Source: a bacterium (GTDB taxonomy: Bacteria > Patescibacteriota > CPR2 > UBA1875 > CAIMLA01). Taken from it: a DNA stretch of 64,000 bases. The stretch is from positions 87,275 through 151,274 of the forward strand of contig JBAXUE010000003.1 of assembly GCA_037129835.1 (NCBI GenBank), in the 5' to 3' direction. Shown here in pieces: positions 1-9,765 of this stretch (position 1 is the first letter of the stretch; each line of letters begins with the position of its first letter). A program made the position numbers and the translations under genes. A model generated the notes under the pieces. The model did not search any database. It saw only the letters and a list, made by a program, of their open reading frames with translations, and had not been told where the DNA came from.

Positions 1-23
1 GAGACGAGGCTGCACAGGCACTA

Positions 24-350
24 GTGGTGTCTGAAAACAAGGGTCTTTCAGAACAAAGCTTTATGCAAGAAAAAAGGGCTCGCCTTGATAGGCGTCTTGA
101 TATCCTTAGCCAATTAATTAATCCTAGCGATAGCGGACAGTCGGTCGATGAATTGTTAAAAATAGTGCGCACTTTACACAGGGGAACAAAAAGCGAAGTA
201 ACTTTAGATGGTGGTAAATATATTGAAATTGTACAAGATTATGAAGATCTAGAGGGCTTTTTACTGCAATTTAATGATTCAAATAAAATCGAATCATATC
301 GACAAGACAATTTTTCATACAGAAATTGGTTAGAAAGTGGTGAAGTATAA
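24..350 (+). CDS. hypothetical protein; the frame is open back to window position 1, so it may be 5'-truncated
   Basis: ORF with a GTG at 24 and no upstream in-frame stop to the window edge. No recognisable motif. Confidence 0.4.
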   Translation: MVSENKGLSEQSFMQEKRARLDRRLDILSQLINPSDSGQSVDELLKIVRTLHRGTKSEVTLDGGKYIEIVQDYEDLEGFLLQFNDSNKIESYRQDNFSYRNWLESGEV

Positions 351-457
351 ACTTAATTGAGGTTTTCGCGGATAACCGTTTTTTGATGATTGGTAAGCTG
401 GGTAGTATTTTCTGGCACTTTCCTCCGTTGAATATTTGATTAACAGGATTATATAAC

Positions 458-751
458 ATGGATTATACAAAGTTTATTAATAAAATCGAAGGTGAAAACA
501 GGGGAGATTTCTTGCTATTTACACTTTCAACGTGTATTTGGTGTCGTAAAACCAAGTCCTTTCTTGATAGTTTAGGGGTAGAATATGGCTATATTGATGT
601 TGACCTAGTAGATGGCGATGAAGGGGAGATGGTAATGTTGGAGATGCATAAATACAATCCCAAAACCTCTTTCCCTACGATCGTGGTTAATAAGGGCGAA
701 AAGGTTATTCTTGGTTTTGAGGAAGATCAAATTCGCGAAAGTCTTAAATAA
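458..751 (+). CDS. glutaredoxin-like / thioredoxin-fold protein (CxxC)
   Basis: Contains CIWC (CxxC), a downstream cis-Pro-like FPTI and a GF motif; ~97 aa, the usual Grx/NrdH size. Its stop overlaps the start of the next gene (taATGa). Confidence 0.65.
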   Translation: MDYTKFINKIEGENRGDFLLFTLSTCIWCRKTKSFLDSLGVEYGYIDVDLVDGDEGEMVMLEMHKYNPKTSFPTIVVNKGEKVILGFEEDQIRESLK

Positions 752-1260
752 TGATCGAAAAAGAAAGAGTTAATGACCTTAGGGGTAAATTGGCAGAACT
801 CAATCAACGACGAGGGTACTATCTAAATCCAGACGTTGAATTTACTAAGGAATTACTAGAAAGTCTACTCGTTAACGAAGACCGGTATGGATATCAGGCT
901 TGCCCTTGTAGGCTGGCGACAGGTAAACGTGCTGAGGATTTGGATATTGTCTGCCCGTGCGATTATCGTGACGCCGATATAATTGATTACGGAGCTTGTT
1001 ACTGTGGGTTATACGTTTCAAAAGATATATATGAAGGTAAAAGCCGGCTTAAGCCAATACCAGAAAGAAGAAAGTTTAAGATAGAAGGGGTGATTATGGA
1101 ATCAAAAAAGGAATTTGATGTTGTAAAATTACCAGTATGGCGATGTACAGTTTGCGGTTATCTCTGTGCTAGAGAAAATCCACCAGAGATTTGCCCTATA
1201 TGTGGCGTCGCACACGATAGGTTCGAGAGGTTCGAGCGAAGCAAACATTGCCCGAAATAA
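751..1260 (+). CDS. ferredoxin-thioredoxin reductase catalytic-subunit-like domain fused to a C-terminal rubredoxin-like domain (FDR-like ferredoxin:disulfide reductase)
   Basis: Spacing ACPCR...(17 aa)...CPC...(13 aa)...CYC matches the CPC/CPC/CHC redox-active motif of the FTR catalytic chain. The C-terminus has CTVCGY...CPICG, a rubredoxin-type CxxCG...CPxCG pair. Confidence 0.7.
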   Translation: MIEKERVNDLRGKLAELNQRRGYYLNPDVEFTKELLESLLVNEDRYGYQACPCRLATGKRAEDLDIVCPCDYRDADIIDYGACYCGLYVSKDIYEGKSRLKPIPERRKFKIEGVIMESKKEFDVVKLPVWRCTVCGYLCARENPPEICPICGVAHDRFERFERSKHCPK

Positions 1261-1493
1261 AACTTGGAATATATCGAAATTATAAAGGGCATGACTACGA
1301 GGTGATGGGTGTGGGTACCAATACAGAAACACGAGAAATATTTGTGGTATACAAAATGCTATACGATTCAGAAGGCTATAAATGTGGTTCTATTTGGATG
1401 CGGCCTTTTGATATGTTTACTGGTAAAGTTACTATTGAAGGGAAAGAACAACAGCGCTTTAAATATATCGGGACTCAGAAGGAAGACAAATAA
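1248..1493 (+). CDS. DUF1653-family small protein
   Basis: 81 aa with YRNYKGHDYEV...ETREIFVVYKMLY, the signature of the DUF1653 family. It overlaps the previous gene by 13 nt in another frame. Confidence 0.55.
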   Translation: MPEIKLGIYRNYKGHDYEVMGVGTNTETREIFVVYKMLYDSEGYKCGSIWMRPFDMFTGKVTIEGKEQQRFKYIGTQKEDK

Positions 1494-1537
1494 CTTCAAA
1501 ATTTGTCTTGGATGAGCTATAATACCGCCACGGAGAA

Positions 1538-3295
1538 GTGGATTTGAATGAACTTGATGAAATAAAGAATCGGCTGGACATAGTCGAGTACATCGGAAAA
1601 TATGTTCCACTAAAGCAAGCTGGCAGGAACTGGAAAGGCCTGTGCCCTTTTCATAATGAGAAAACGGGCTCCTTTATGGTGAGTTCAGAAAAACAAATAT
1701 TTCATTGTTTTGGTTGTGGTGAAGGCGGGGATATCGTCACTTTTGCCGAAAAAATCGAAGGCATCGACTTTCAAACTGCCCTCAAAGAGCTTGCCGATAA
1801 GGCTGGAGTGAAATTACCAGACAATTATCAGGCCAAAAAAGAGCCAACAGATAAGCTTTTTGACATTAGTAAACAAGCTGCAGATATTTACGAAAAAGAA
1901 CTATATAAATCAGAAAATAAGAAGGTGTACCAATATTTGCTTGATAGAGGCATGACAAAAGAAACCATAAAAACTTTTAATCTCGGTTTCGCACCTGTTT
2001 CGGGCACAATAATAGTGAAAGACCTGGGCGAGCTCGGTTATATCCAAGAAGACTTGATAAAGGCCGGTGTCGCAAAAGAGAGAAACGGGCGACTTCTTGA
2101 CCAATTCTATAACCGCATTATTTTCCCTATTCGTAACGCGAGTGGTAAGATCGTTGCTTTTACGGCTCGTGTTCTTGACGATTCTTTGCCAAAATATATT
2201 AATACTCCAGAGACGCCGATATATCACAAGTCAGATATACTTTTTGGTTTTGATATGGCAAAAGAGCAGATTCGTAAGCAAGATCACATTATTATCGTCG
2301 AGGGTCAGATGGACGCTATTTTTTCTCACCAGGCAGGAGTAAATAACGTCGTCGCCTCTAGTGGGACCGCACTTACTGTGGCACAACTAGACATCATAAA
2401 GCGTTTTACCAAGAATATTAAAATTGCTTTTGATGTTGATATGGCAGGTCAGAATGCGACACGTCGAGCCATCGAGCTCGCCTGGGAGCGTGAATTCAAT
2501 ATCAAGGTGATTAGTGTGCCCGAAGGTAAGGACCCCGCTGACCTAGTAAAAAGTGACCCGAAGAAGTGGATTCAGGCTTGCAAAAAGGCTAAATATGTTG
2601 TAGACTATATTTTTGACAGCACCTTTGAAAAATACAACATAACGAATATTTTAGATAAAAAGCAAGCAACCAAAGAGTTACTTGTGATGATAAAAAAGCT
2701 ACCAGACCCAGTCGAAAGAGAGCACTATCTCAAATTATTAGCCGGTAAAGTAAATGTCAGTGAGCAAGCTTTGAGCGATGCCCTGACAAAAGTAAAAAAT
2801 ACTCCGGTAAAAACGACTTCTGGTGATAGCGAAAAGGCGACAATTTACAAATCGCCTACAAAAAACAAAGAAGAGCACACGTTGTCTATGTTGCTCCTCT
2901 CACCTAAATATTGCGAATTTTTCTTTAATAAATTGAACGTATCCGACTTTGAGGACGAAAAAGTCCGAGACATAGTCGTCACGATAGAAAAATATTACGC
3001 AAAAGAAGCCAAATTCGACACCAAGAAATGGCAAAAAAAATTGAATAAAGAAGAATCTGATTATGTCGATAGACTGGTTATGATTACTGAAGATGAGTTT
3101 TCTGAAGCTGATGAGGAGATACTTCTCGAAGAGACTTTTTATACCGTTGTTCGACTCAAAAAAGACGTTATCGAGCGCGAAAAACATGAGCTCAACAATA
3201 GATTAATGGTTGCAGAAAGGTCTGCCGACAAAAAAGAACAAGCAAAATTATTGCAAGAATTTCAAAAACTTATAGAAAAAGAAAGAAATATCTAA
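1538..3295 (+). CDS. dnaG: DNA primase DnaG
   Basis: N-terminal zinc-binding motif CPFHNEKTGSF...HCFGCGEGGD and the TOPRIM motif VEGQMDAIF. It lies directly upstream of rpoD (the conserved dnaG-rpoD arrangement). GTG start. Confidence 0.9.
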   Translation: MDLNELDEIKNRLDIVEYIGKYVPLKQAGRNWKGLCPFHNEKTGSFMVSSEKQIFHCFGCGEGGDIVTFAEKIEGIDFQTALKELADKAGVKLPDNYQAKKEPTDKLFDISKQAADIYEKELYKSENKKVYQYLLDRGMTKETIKTFNLGFAPVSGTIIVKDLGELGYIQEDLIKAGVAKERNGRLLDQFYNRIIFPIRNASGKIVAFTARVLDDSLPKYINTPETPIYHKSDILFGFDMAKEQIRKQDHIIIVEGQMDAIFSHQAGVNNVVASSGTALTVAQLDIIKRFTKNIKIAFDVDMAGQNATRRAIELAWEREFNIKVISVPEGKDPADLVKSDPKKWIQACKKAKYVVDYIFDSTFEKYNITNILDKKQATKELLVMIKKLPDPVEREHYLKLLAGKVNVSEQALSDALTKVKNTPVKTTSGDSEKATIYKSPTKNKEEHTLSMLLLSPKYCEFFFNKLNVSDFEDEKVRDIVVTIEKYYAKEAKFDTKKWQKKLNKEESDYVDRLVMITEDEFSEADEEILLEETFYTVVRLKKDVIEREKHELNNRLMVAERSADKKEQAKLLQEFQKLIEKERNI

Positions 3296-3365
3296 GCAGT
3301 AAATATCCAATATTACCAAAAAAACATAAGAAAATAAGTATTTACGAATATTTAAAGGAGCAAAA

Positions 3366-4445
3366 TTGGCTAAAGAAAAAGATTTTGGGAAAATAGTAGA
3401 AGCACTAGTTACTAAGGGGCGTGAACAAGGTTTCGTCACACAAGAAGAAATTTTGGGAAAGTTTCCAGAAGTTGAAGAAAACGTAGAGAAGCTCGATGAA
3501 CTTTATGCAACACTTTCCGAACAGGGCATCGAAGTCGTCGATAATAGAGAAAAAATGATCTGGGGTGAGGATGACGAAGACCCAGCTGCTGTTGAAACAT
3601 TTGATGATATTTCAGAGCTTGCCGATGACTCAGTCAGAATGTATCTACGCGAAATCGGCAAAATACCGCTTTTAACCCAAGCCGAAGAAGTAGATTTGGC
3701 TAAAAAAATATTAAAAGGTGATAAGCAAGCAAAAAAGAAACTCGCAGAAGCAAATATGAGACTAGTAGTTTCGATTGCTAAGAAATATATCGGTAGAGGT
3801 CTGGATCTTCTCGATCTTATTCAAGAAGGAAATACTGGCCTTCTTCGTGCTGTAGTTAAGTTTGATTATACCAAGGGCTTTAAGTTCTCAACTTATGCGA
3901 CTTGGTGGATCCGTCAGGCTATTACTCGTGCCATTGCCGACCAAGCTAGGACTATTCGTATTCCAGTGCATATGGTAGAAACCATTAACAAACTTATCCG
4001 AACTCAGAGAAGATTACTTCAAGAGCTTGGGCGTGAGCCGCTTCCTGAAGAAATTGCTCTAGAAATGGGGATTGAGACAGAAAAAGTAAACTACATCCTA
4101 AAGATTAAAGAAGATACTGTTTCTATTGAAGCACCTGTTGGTGAAGAAGAAGACAGTAGGCTTGCGGACTTTATCGAGGATCGTGATTCGGTCACTCCCG
4201 ATGAGGCTGCTACCTACCAACTTCTGAAAGAGAATATTGCTGATGTTCTGCAGCTTCTTACTCCGCGAGAGCAAAAGATTTTACGTATGAGGTTTGGTCT
4301 TGATGATGGCCGTTCTCACACTCTTGAGGAAACAGGGCAAGAGTTTGGCGTTACTCGTGAACGTATCAGGCAGATCGAGTCAAAGGCACTACAAAAGCTT
4401 AAGAAACATCGTGAAAGCAAAAAACTACGAGATTATTTGTACTAA
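3366..4445 (+). CDS. rpoD: RNA polymerase sigma-70 factor RpoD
   Basis: Region 2 [19 protein letters not shown]...[20 protein letters not shown] and the region 4 HTH. TTG start with an aaaggag RBS. Confidence 0.95.
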   Translation: MAKEKDFGKIVEALVTKGREQGFVTQEEILGKFPEVEENVEKLDELYATLSEQGIEVVDNREKMIWGEDDEDPAAVETFDDISELADDSVRMYLREIGKIPLLTQAEEVDLAKKILKGDKQAKKKLAEANMRLVVSIAKKYIGRGLDLLDLIQEGNTGLLRAVVKFDYTKGFKFSTYATWWIRQAITRAIADQARTIRIPVHMVETINKLIRTQRRLLQELGREPLPEEIALEMGIETEKVNYILKIKEDTVSIEAPVGEEEDSRLADFIEDRDSVTPDEAATYQLLKENIADVLQLLTPREQKILRMRFGLDDGRSHTLEETGQEFGVTRERIRQIESKALQKLKKHRESKKLRDYLY

Positions 4446-4449
4446 TAAT

Positions 4450-4473
4450 AAGCCCCATTAGGGGCTTATTTCT
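4450..4473 (+). terminator. rho-independent terminator-like hairpin after rpoD
   Basis: aagccccattaggggctt followed by a T-rich run, immediately after the rpoD stop. Confidence 0.6.
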
Positions 4474-4487
4474 GCTATAATATACCT

Positions 4488-7286
4488 ATGAAAAGACCAA
4501 AATTTGTACTTATAGATGGTCATGCATTAATTCACCGAGCATATCATGCCATCCCACCACTCACCACCAAAAAAGGTGAGATAGTGAACGCTGTATATGG
4601 TTTTACGATGATTGTGTTAAACGTTTTACGTGATCTGAAGCCAGACTACATAGCGGTGGCGATGGATCTTCCTGGAAAAACTTTCCGTCACCATGATTTC
4701 GCGGACTATAAAGCCACAAGGAAGAAAGCGGATGATGACCTGGTAGCACAGTTTCCCCGTGTTTATGATGTTATTAATGCCTTAAATATCCCAATTTATG
4801 AACAAAAAGGCTTCGAAGCAGATGATATTATCGGATCGGCAGCAGAAAAGCTTAAAAACGACTACGAAGTGTACGTTGTTACTGGCGATCTTGATGAATT
4901 GCAACTCGTCGATGACCACGTCCACATCTACACAATGAAACGAGGATTTTCGGATATCTTTATCTATGATAAAGCAGCAGTAATGGAAAGATATGGTCTA
5001 ACTCCAGAAGAATTCGTCATTTTAAAGGCTCTCAAGGGCGATACTTCTGACAATATTCCAGGCGTCGCAGGCATCGGAGAAAAAACTGCTATCGATCTCG
5101 CATCAAAATACAAAAGTTTAGACGATTTATATGACAATTTGTATGAAATAAAGTCCTCAATTGCAAAGAAACTAGAAGACGGCAAAGAAAGTGCTTATCT
5201 CAGCTTGCATCTTTCAACAATAGTTCGTGATATCCCACTCGATATTTGCGAAGATGATTGTAAAACGCACCAATTTGACCGAGATAAAGCATTGGAATTA
5301 TTTCGTGAACTTGAGTTTAAATCATTATTAACTAGATTGCCAGTGAATAAGGACGATAAGGATATGGATTCCCGCCTACGCGGGAATGACAAGGGGGAGG
5401 GTAAGGATGACAAATATGATAATAATGGCAACATGGTAGTGAGTGAAAGCCGAGACCATTATACCAAAGAAAATTATATTCTCATTAATAATGAAGCAGA
5501 ACTAGTAAATCTAGCTAGTAAATTGTCGGCTCAGAAAATTATCGCTGTCGATACAGAGACAGATTCATTGGATACTATCTCTGCAAATCTGGTAGGAATA
5601 TCGTTTTCTTTTGAAGAAGGTAAGGCATATTATATTGCGATACTTGGTCTAGGTGGAGATACACTATCAAAGGAAACCGTTATAAGGCACTTGGATCCGA
5701 TACTTCGAGATCCGAAGGTTTCTAAAGTCGGCCATAATATCAAGTTTGATTACGAAGTACTTTTTGCAAACGGGTTTAGTTTTGAAGGTATCGTTTTTGA
5801 TACTATGGTGGCGGCATATCTGATTAATCCTAATGCAAGAGCTCAAAGATTAGACGAGCTAGCTTTCACTGAGCTTGGTATCGAGATGACGAAAATCGAT
5901 GAACTGATAGGAAAAGGTAAAGAGGAGATAACTTTTGATAAAGTGGACATCAATTCAGCTGCACTTTATGCCGCCGAAGATGCTGACATTACTTTACGCT
6001 TATACCATCATCTGCAGACAGATTTAGCAGAAGGCGGCTTCAATGAACTGATGGGCAAAATAGAGGCACCACTGATAACTGTTTTGGCTCGTGTGGAAAT
6101 GAATGGAGTAAAAATAGATTTGCCTTTGCTTTCTGATTTGTCTAAATCTTTTGGTTTAAGAATAGAAAAGCTGCAAACAGAGATTTACAAATTGGCTGGT
6201 GAAGAATTCAATATTGCCTCGCCTCTTCAAATGCAAAAAGTGCTTTATGACAACCTGGACCTTAGAAATAAAATACCATTTCCAAAAGACATAAAGAAAT
6301 TACCATCTGGCGGTTACTCGACAGGAGCAGAGCAACTGGAAAAGCTACGAGATTCTGGTCACCCAATAATAGAAAAAATTTTAGAATATAGAGAGCTTGC
6401 AAAACTAAAGAGTACGTATATCGACTCCCTGCCGAAGCTTGTTAGCTCTAAAACTGGACGGATTCACACTAGCTTTAACCAAGCTATTGTGGCAACGGGC
6501 AGACTTTCTTCTACAAATCCAAATCTCCAGAATATTCCTATTCGCACAGAGACAGGCATGCAGATACGCAAAGCATTTATTGCAGATCCCGGAAACAAAA
6601 TATTATCTGCAGATTACTCCCAGATAGAGCTACGAATTATTGCTCATATGTCAGGTGACACTGAAATGATAAAAGCCTTTAATGATGGCATAGATATCCA
6701 TACGGCGACAGCTGCCAAAGTATTTGCAGTCGATGAAAAAGATGTGACCAAAGAGATGCGTCGTACAGCGAAGATCGTGAATTTCGGAATCGTATATGGA
6801 GTTTCTGCCCATGGGCTACAGCGCCAAAGCAATCTTGAGTATGCAAGTGCTAAAGATTTTATTGATAAATATTTCGAAACATACAAAGGCGTTAAGCTTT
6901 ATCTAGACGCAGCTGTAAAAATAGCAAAAGAAAGAGGTTTCGCCGAAACTTTATTTGGGCGCAGACGGTATTTACCAGAGCTAAATAGTTCGAATTTCGC
7001 GGTTCGCGGCTCTGCAGAACGTATGGCTGCGAATATGCCGATTCAAGGGACAGCCGCAGATCTTATCAAACTTGCGATGATAGAAATAGACAAAGATTTA
7101 ACTACGTTTAGCCCTAAAACTAGGCTACTTCTTACGGTTCACGACGAGCTTGTTTTCGAAATTCCAGAAGACGAGGTCCAAAAAGTACAAGACTTTGTAA
7201 AGAAAAAGATGGAAAATGTAGTCAAGCTAGACGTGCCTGTAGTAGTAGACATCGGAGTAGGCGATAACTGGGGAGAAGCGAAATGA
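4488..7286 (+). CDS. polA: DNA polymerase I (5'-3' exonuclease + 3'-5' exonuclease + polymerase domains)
   Basis: N-terminal FEN-like domain, a 3'-5' exonuclease domain (AVDTETDSL...YAAEDAD) and the pol A motifs (RRTAKIVNFGIVYG; TVHDELVFE). It carries an in-frame palindromic element at 5366-5390. Confidence 0.95.
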   Translation: MKRPKFVLIDGHALIHRAYHAIPPLTTKKGEIVNAVYGFTMIVLNVLRDLKPDYIAVAMDLPGKTFRHHDFADYKATRKKADDDLVAQFPRVYDVINALNIPIYEQKGFEADDIIGSAAEKLKNDYEVYVVTGDLDELQLVDDHVHIYTMKRGFSDIFIYDKAAVMERYGLTPEEFVILKALKGDTSDNIPGVAGIGEKTAIDLASKYKSLDDLYDNLYEIKSSIAKKLEDGKESAYLSLHLSTIVRDIPLDICEDDCKTHQFDRDKALELFRELEFKSLLTRLPVNKDDKDMDSRLRGNDKGEGKDDKYDNNGNMVVSESRDHYTKENYILINNEAELVNLASKLSAQKIIAVDTETDSLDTISANLVGISFSFEEGKAYYIAILGLGGDTLSKETVIRHLDPILRDPKVSKVGHNIKFDYEVLFANGFSFEGIVFDTMVAAYLINPNARAQRLDELAFTELGIEMTKIDELIGKGKEEITFDKVDINSAALYAAEDADITLRLYHHLQTDLAEGGFNELMGKIEAPLITVLARVEMNGVKIDLPLLSDLSKSFGLRIEKLQTEIYKLAGEEFNIASPLQMQKVLYDNLDLRNKIPFPKDIKKLPSGGYSTGAEQLEKLRDSGHPIIEKILEYRELAKLKSTYIDSLPKLVSSKTGRIHTSFNQAIVATGRLSSTNPNLQNIPIRTETGMQIRKAFIADPGNKILSADYSQIELRIIAHMSGDTEMIKAFNDGIDIHTATAAKVFAVDEKDVTKEMRRTAKIVNFGIVYGVSAHGLQRQSNLEYASAKDFIDKYFETYKGVKLYLDAAVKIAKERGFAETLFGRRRYLPELNSSNFAVRGSAERMAANMPIQGTAADLIKLAMIEIDKDLTTFSPKTRLLLTVHDELVFEIPEDEVQKVQDFVKKKMENVVKLDVPVVVDIGVGDNWGEAK
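5366..5390. repeat. GC-rich palindromic hairpin element inserted in-frame in the polA inter-domain linker
   Basis: ggattcccgc-ctac-gcgggaatgac is a perfect 9-bp inverted repeat, nearly identical to the intergenic copy at 53425-53448. The antisense pseudo-ORF 5195-5434 reads SFPRRRESI. Confidence 0.7.
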
Positions 7287-7804
7287 AAACATGGCATAAG
7301 ATTGGCTTCGTAATTTCGACCCTGCTAACATTGGCAAGCTGGGCTATAGCACTATATTATTGGGACAAGCTACCTAGTGTGATACCAACGCATTTTGGAT
7401 TCAATGGACCAGCTAATGGTTGGAGCAACAAATCAATATTTTATGTATTCATGATACCTTTTATACAAAGTCTGATGCTAGCTTGTTTCGGCTTTTTGTA
7501 CTGGAAACCACAGTTTTCTGACATGCCAACTACTTTGTGGCTTATGACTATGGGAGAAACAAAACGCGTACACGCCTTTGACCTCATTCGCACTATGTTA
7601 GTGGTAATCGGATTGTGGGTCGGGGTGCTCCTTACATATATTACTTACGGAATGAATATCTCGGCTTTAGATAATAGTATGGGTCTTAATACGTGGCTGC
7701 TCATGACGATAATAGTATTAATGATTATTTGGTTAATCTGGTGGACAGCAAAGGTGTATAAAGCAACTAAGGCTGCTATTGGGGATAATAAAACTGAGAA
7801 ATAA
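7283..7804 (+). CDS. DUF1648-type integral membrane protein
   Basis: Four predicted TM helices; the N-terminus WAIALYYWDKLPSVIPTHFGFNG resembles the DUF1648/SdpI-like pattern. Its start overlaps the polA stop. Confidence 0.45.
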   Translation: MKTWHKIGFVISTLLTLASWAIALYYWDKLPSVIPTHFGFNGPANGWSNKSIFYVFMIPFIQSLMLACFGFLYWKPQFSDMPTTLWLMTMGETKRVHAFDLIRTMLVVIGLWVGVLLTYITYGMNISALDNSMGLNTWLLMTIIVLMIIWLIWWTAKVYKATKAAIGDNKTEK

Positions 7805-8925
7805 TGAATATATATATTCACATTCCTTTTTGTCATTCAAAGTGCGCTTATTGCGCATTTTTGAGTCATTGCGATGTTCAGAAGGAAGACGAGTATGTGG
7901 ATGCGCTATGTGAAGAAATCAAAACTCGACTCTCTGAATATTTTTCTAGAGAGCAAGGCGACTTGGGAAGTAGTTATCGGCTACGTTCGAACAACAGAGT
8001 GGAGACAGTATACTTTGGTGGCGGAACGCCGAGTTTACTAAAAAAATGTAATATTAGTAAAATTATTCAAACACTAAATAGTTGTGTAGTTTTCGGAAAA
8101 GATATAGAAATCACGCTAGAATGCAACCCAGAAGATATAACAAAAGCTAATCTTATTAGCTGGAAGGAATCCGGAGTAAATCGTCTTAGTATAGGTGTGC
8201 AAACGCTTAATAATGACGCTAGAAGTATTGTTGGCAGAGAACTAACTTCAAACGAGACGATAAATCGAATAGTTTTGACACAAAAATATTTTACAAATAT
8301 CGGAATTGATATAATTTCTGGATTGCCAGGAGAAAGTACCGAAAGTCTGCTGGGAGGAATAGAAATTATCAGTAATTTAGGCATCGATCACATCTCATTT
8401 TATGACCTGGAAATAAATCAGGGCTCACAATTGTCAAAAACACCGCAGAAGTTTACTCTACTAGTGGAAGACACTAGGGCAGATATGCTAATAGCGGGTT
8501 GGCAGAAACTTTCAAATTTGGGCTACAAACAGTATGAAATATCGAATTTTACCAGCAATAAGCATAATTGTCGACATAATCTCGATTTTTGGAAAGGTAG
8601 AGACTATCATGGTTTTGGGCTCGGCGCTACATCAAGGCTTGGAAACCAAATATTAACGAATACGACAGATTTTGAGCTATATTTATTGGGTAATATGTCT
8701 GAACGAGCAGACACCCTCTCCGCTTATGAGATAAATAGAATGAATTTATTGTCGGCGATGCGCCTTCTCACAACATTTAAGAAGGAATACCGTAAATTGT
8801 TGGGTTCAAAAGCCTTACCGCAAGACTTGATAGATGCAAAATATATTACTACGGACTTTCGGCTGACTCCCGCTGGCAAGCTAGTGTATAATCTAATCGT
8901 AAATAGGTTGGTATTAGATGAATAA
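7804..8925 (+). CDS. hemW: radical SAM heme chaperone HemW / HemN-like protein
   Basis: N-terminal radical-SAM cluster motif CHSKCAYCAF, YFGGGTPS and the HemN C-terminal domain. Confidence 0.8.
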   Translation: MNIYIHIPFCHSKCAYCAFLSHCDVQKEDEYVDALCEEIKTRLSEYFSREQGDLGSSYRLRSNNRVETVYFGGGTPSLLKKCNISKIIQTLNSCVVFGKDIEITLECNPEDITKANLISWKESGVNRLSIGVQTLNNDARSIVGRELTSNETINRIVLTQKYFTNIGIDIISGLPGESTESLLGGIEIISNLGIDHISFYDLEINQGSQLSKTPQKFTLLVEDTRADMLIAGWQKLSNLGYKQYEISNFTSNKHNCRHNLDFWKGRDYHGFGLGATSRLGNQILTNTTDFELYLLGNMSERADTLSAYEINRMNLLSAMRLLTTFKKEYRKLLGSKALPQDLIDAKYITTDFRLTPAGKLVYNLIVNRLVLDE

Positions 8926-9682
8926 AAAAATATTAGTTTTATGTTTATATATATTCTCAGTGATAGTGGGCGGAGCAATAATAGGGATTGCTAGATATCA
9001 ATATATAAATTCTGAAGTTTTAAATAACAAAGAAAGAGTTTCGGCGCCGATTGAAACAGCAAAAAATCCTACTGTTTCAATACAGCCCACGATTACTACG
9101 TTTATAGAAAAATCCTTACCGGCGAGCGCAGATATAACAGTTCCATATGCGGCTCAAGCACCATTCTCAAACTGGGCAGTTCACGAAGAGTCTTGTGAAG
9201 AGGCCGCGCTACTTATGTATCATGAGTTTCTGGTCGGGACCACATACCCGGCGAATAAAATACCAGATGCCATGGACGACACCACACTCCGCGATATGAA
9301 GTCTTGGCAAATTAAGAACTATGGTTCTGAGGCAGATCTATCTATGGACACTTTGGGAAAGTTCGCTGCAAATTATTATGGCTTAAAGCCAGTTGTAAAG
9401 AAGGATATTGGTGAAGCAGATATTAAAAGGGCTCTTGCGACAGGTTCTCCAGTTCTCGTTCCTGTGATGACTCATTCGCTTCAAAATAGTATGTATGGGC
9501 CTTATACGGTATATCACATCTTACTTATCAAGGGCTATGACGCTGCAGGGGTAATTACCAACGATGCCGGCGTTGGTAATGGTGTAAACAAACACTATTC
9601 ATGGGATATTCTCTGGCAGGCTATTGATGCTCAAACAGCCAAAATGAACCAGAGTAGAACTATGCTGATATTATCAAAATAG
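8918..9682 (+). CDS. membrane-anchored papain-like (C39-like) peptidase-domain protein
   Basis: N-terminal TM helix, then YAAQAPFSNW...ESCEEAALLM (candidate catalytic Cys) and a later His (VYHILLIKGYD), as in Peptidase_C39_2-type domains. Confidence 0.4.
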   Translation: MNKKILVLCLYIFSVIVGGAIIGIARYQYINSEVLNNKERVSAPIETAKNPTVSIQPTITTFIEKSLPASADITVPYAAQAPFSNWAVHEESCEEAALLMYHEFLVGTTYPANKIPDAMDDTTLRDMKSWQIKNYGSEADLSMDTLGKFAANYYGLKPVVKKDIGEADIKRALATGSPVLVPVMTHSLQNSMYGPYTVYHILLIKGYDAAGVITNDAGVGNGVNKHYSWDILWQAIDAQTAKMNQSRTMLILSK

Positions 9683-9765
9683 AACACTAAAACTGTATAC
9701 TAAACAAAACTCTTGACATGTGGATAACTCTAGGTATACACTATTGGTATACAAAAGGAGGCACA

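Noticed and set aside
5195-5434. 79-aa antisense ORF inside polA (…SFPRRRESI…)
   Set aside because: It is antisense to a well-supported polA CDS. Its peptide is the read-through of the palindromic repeat, the SFPRKRESR-type pseudo-ORF.
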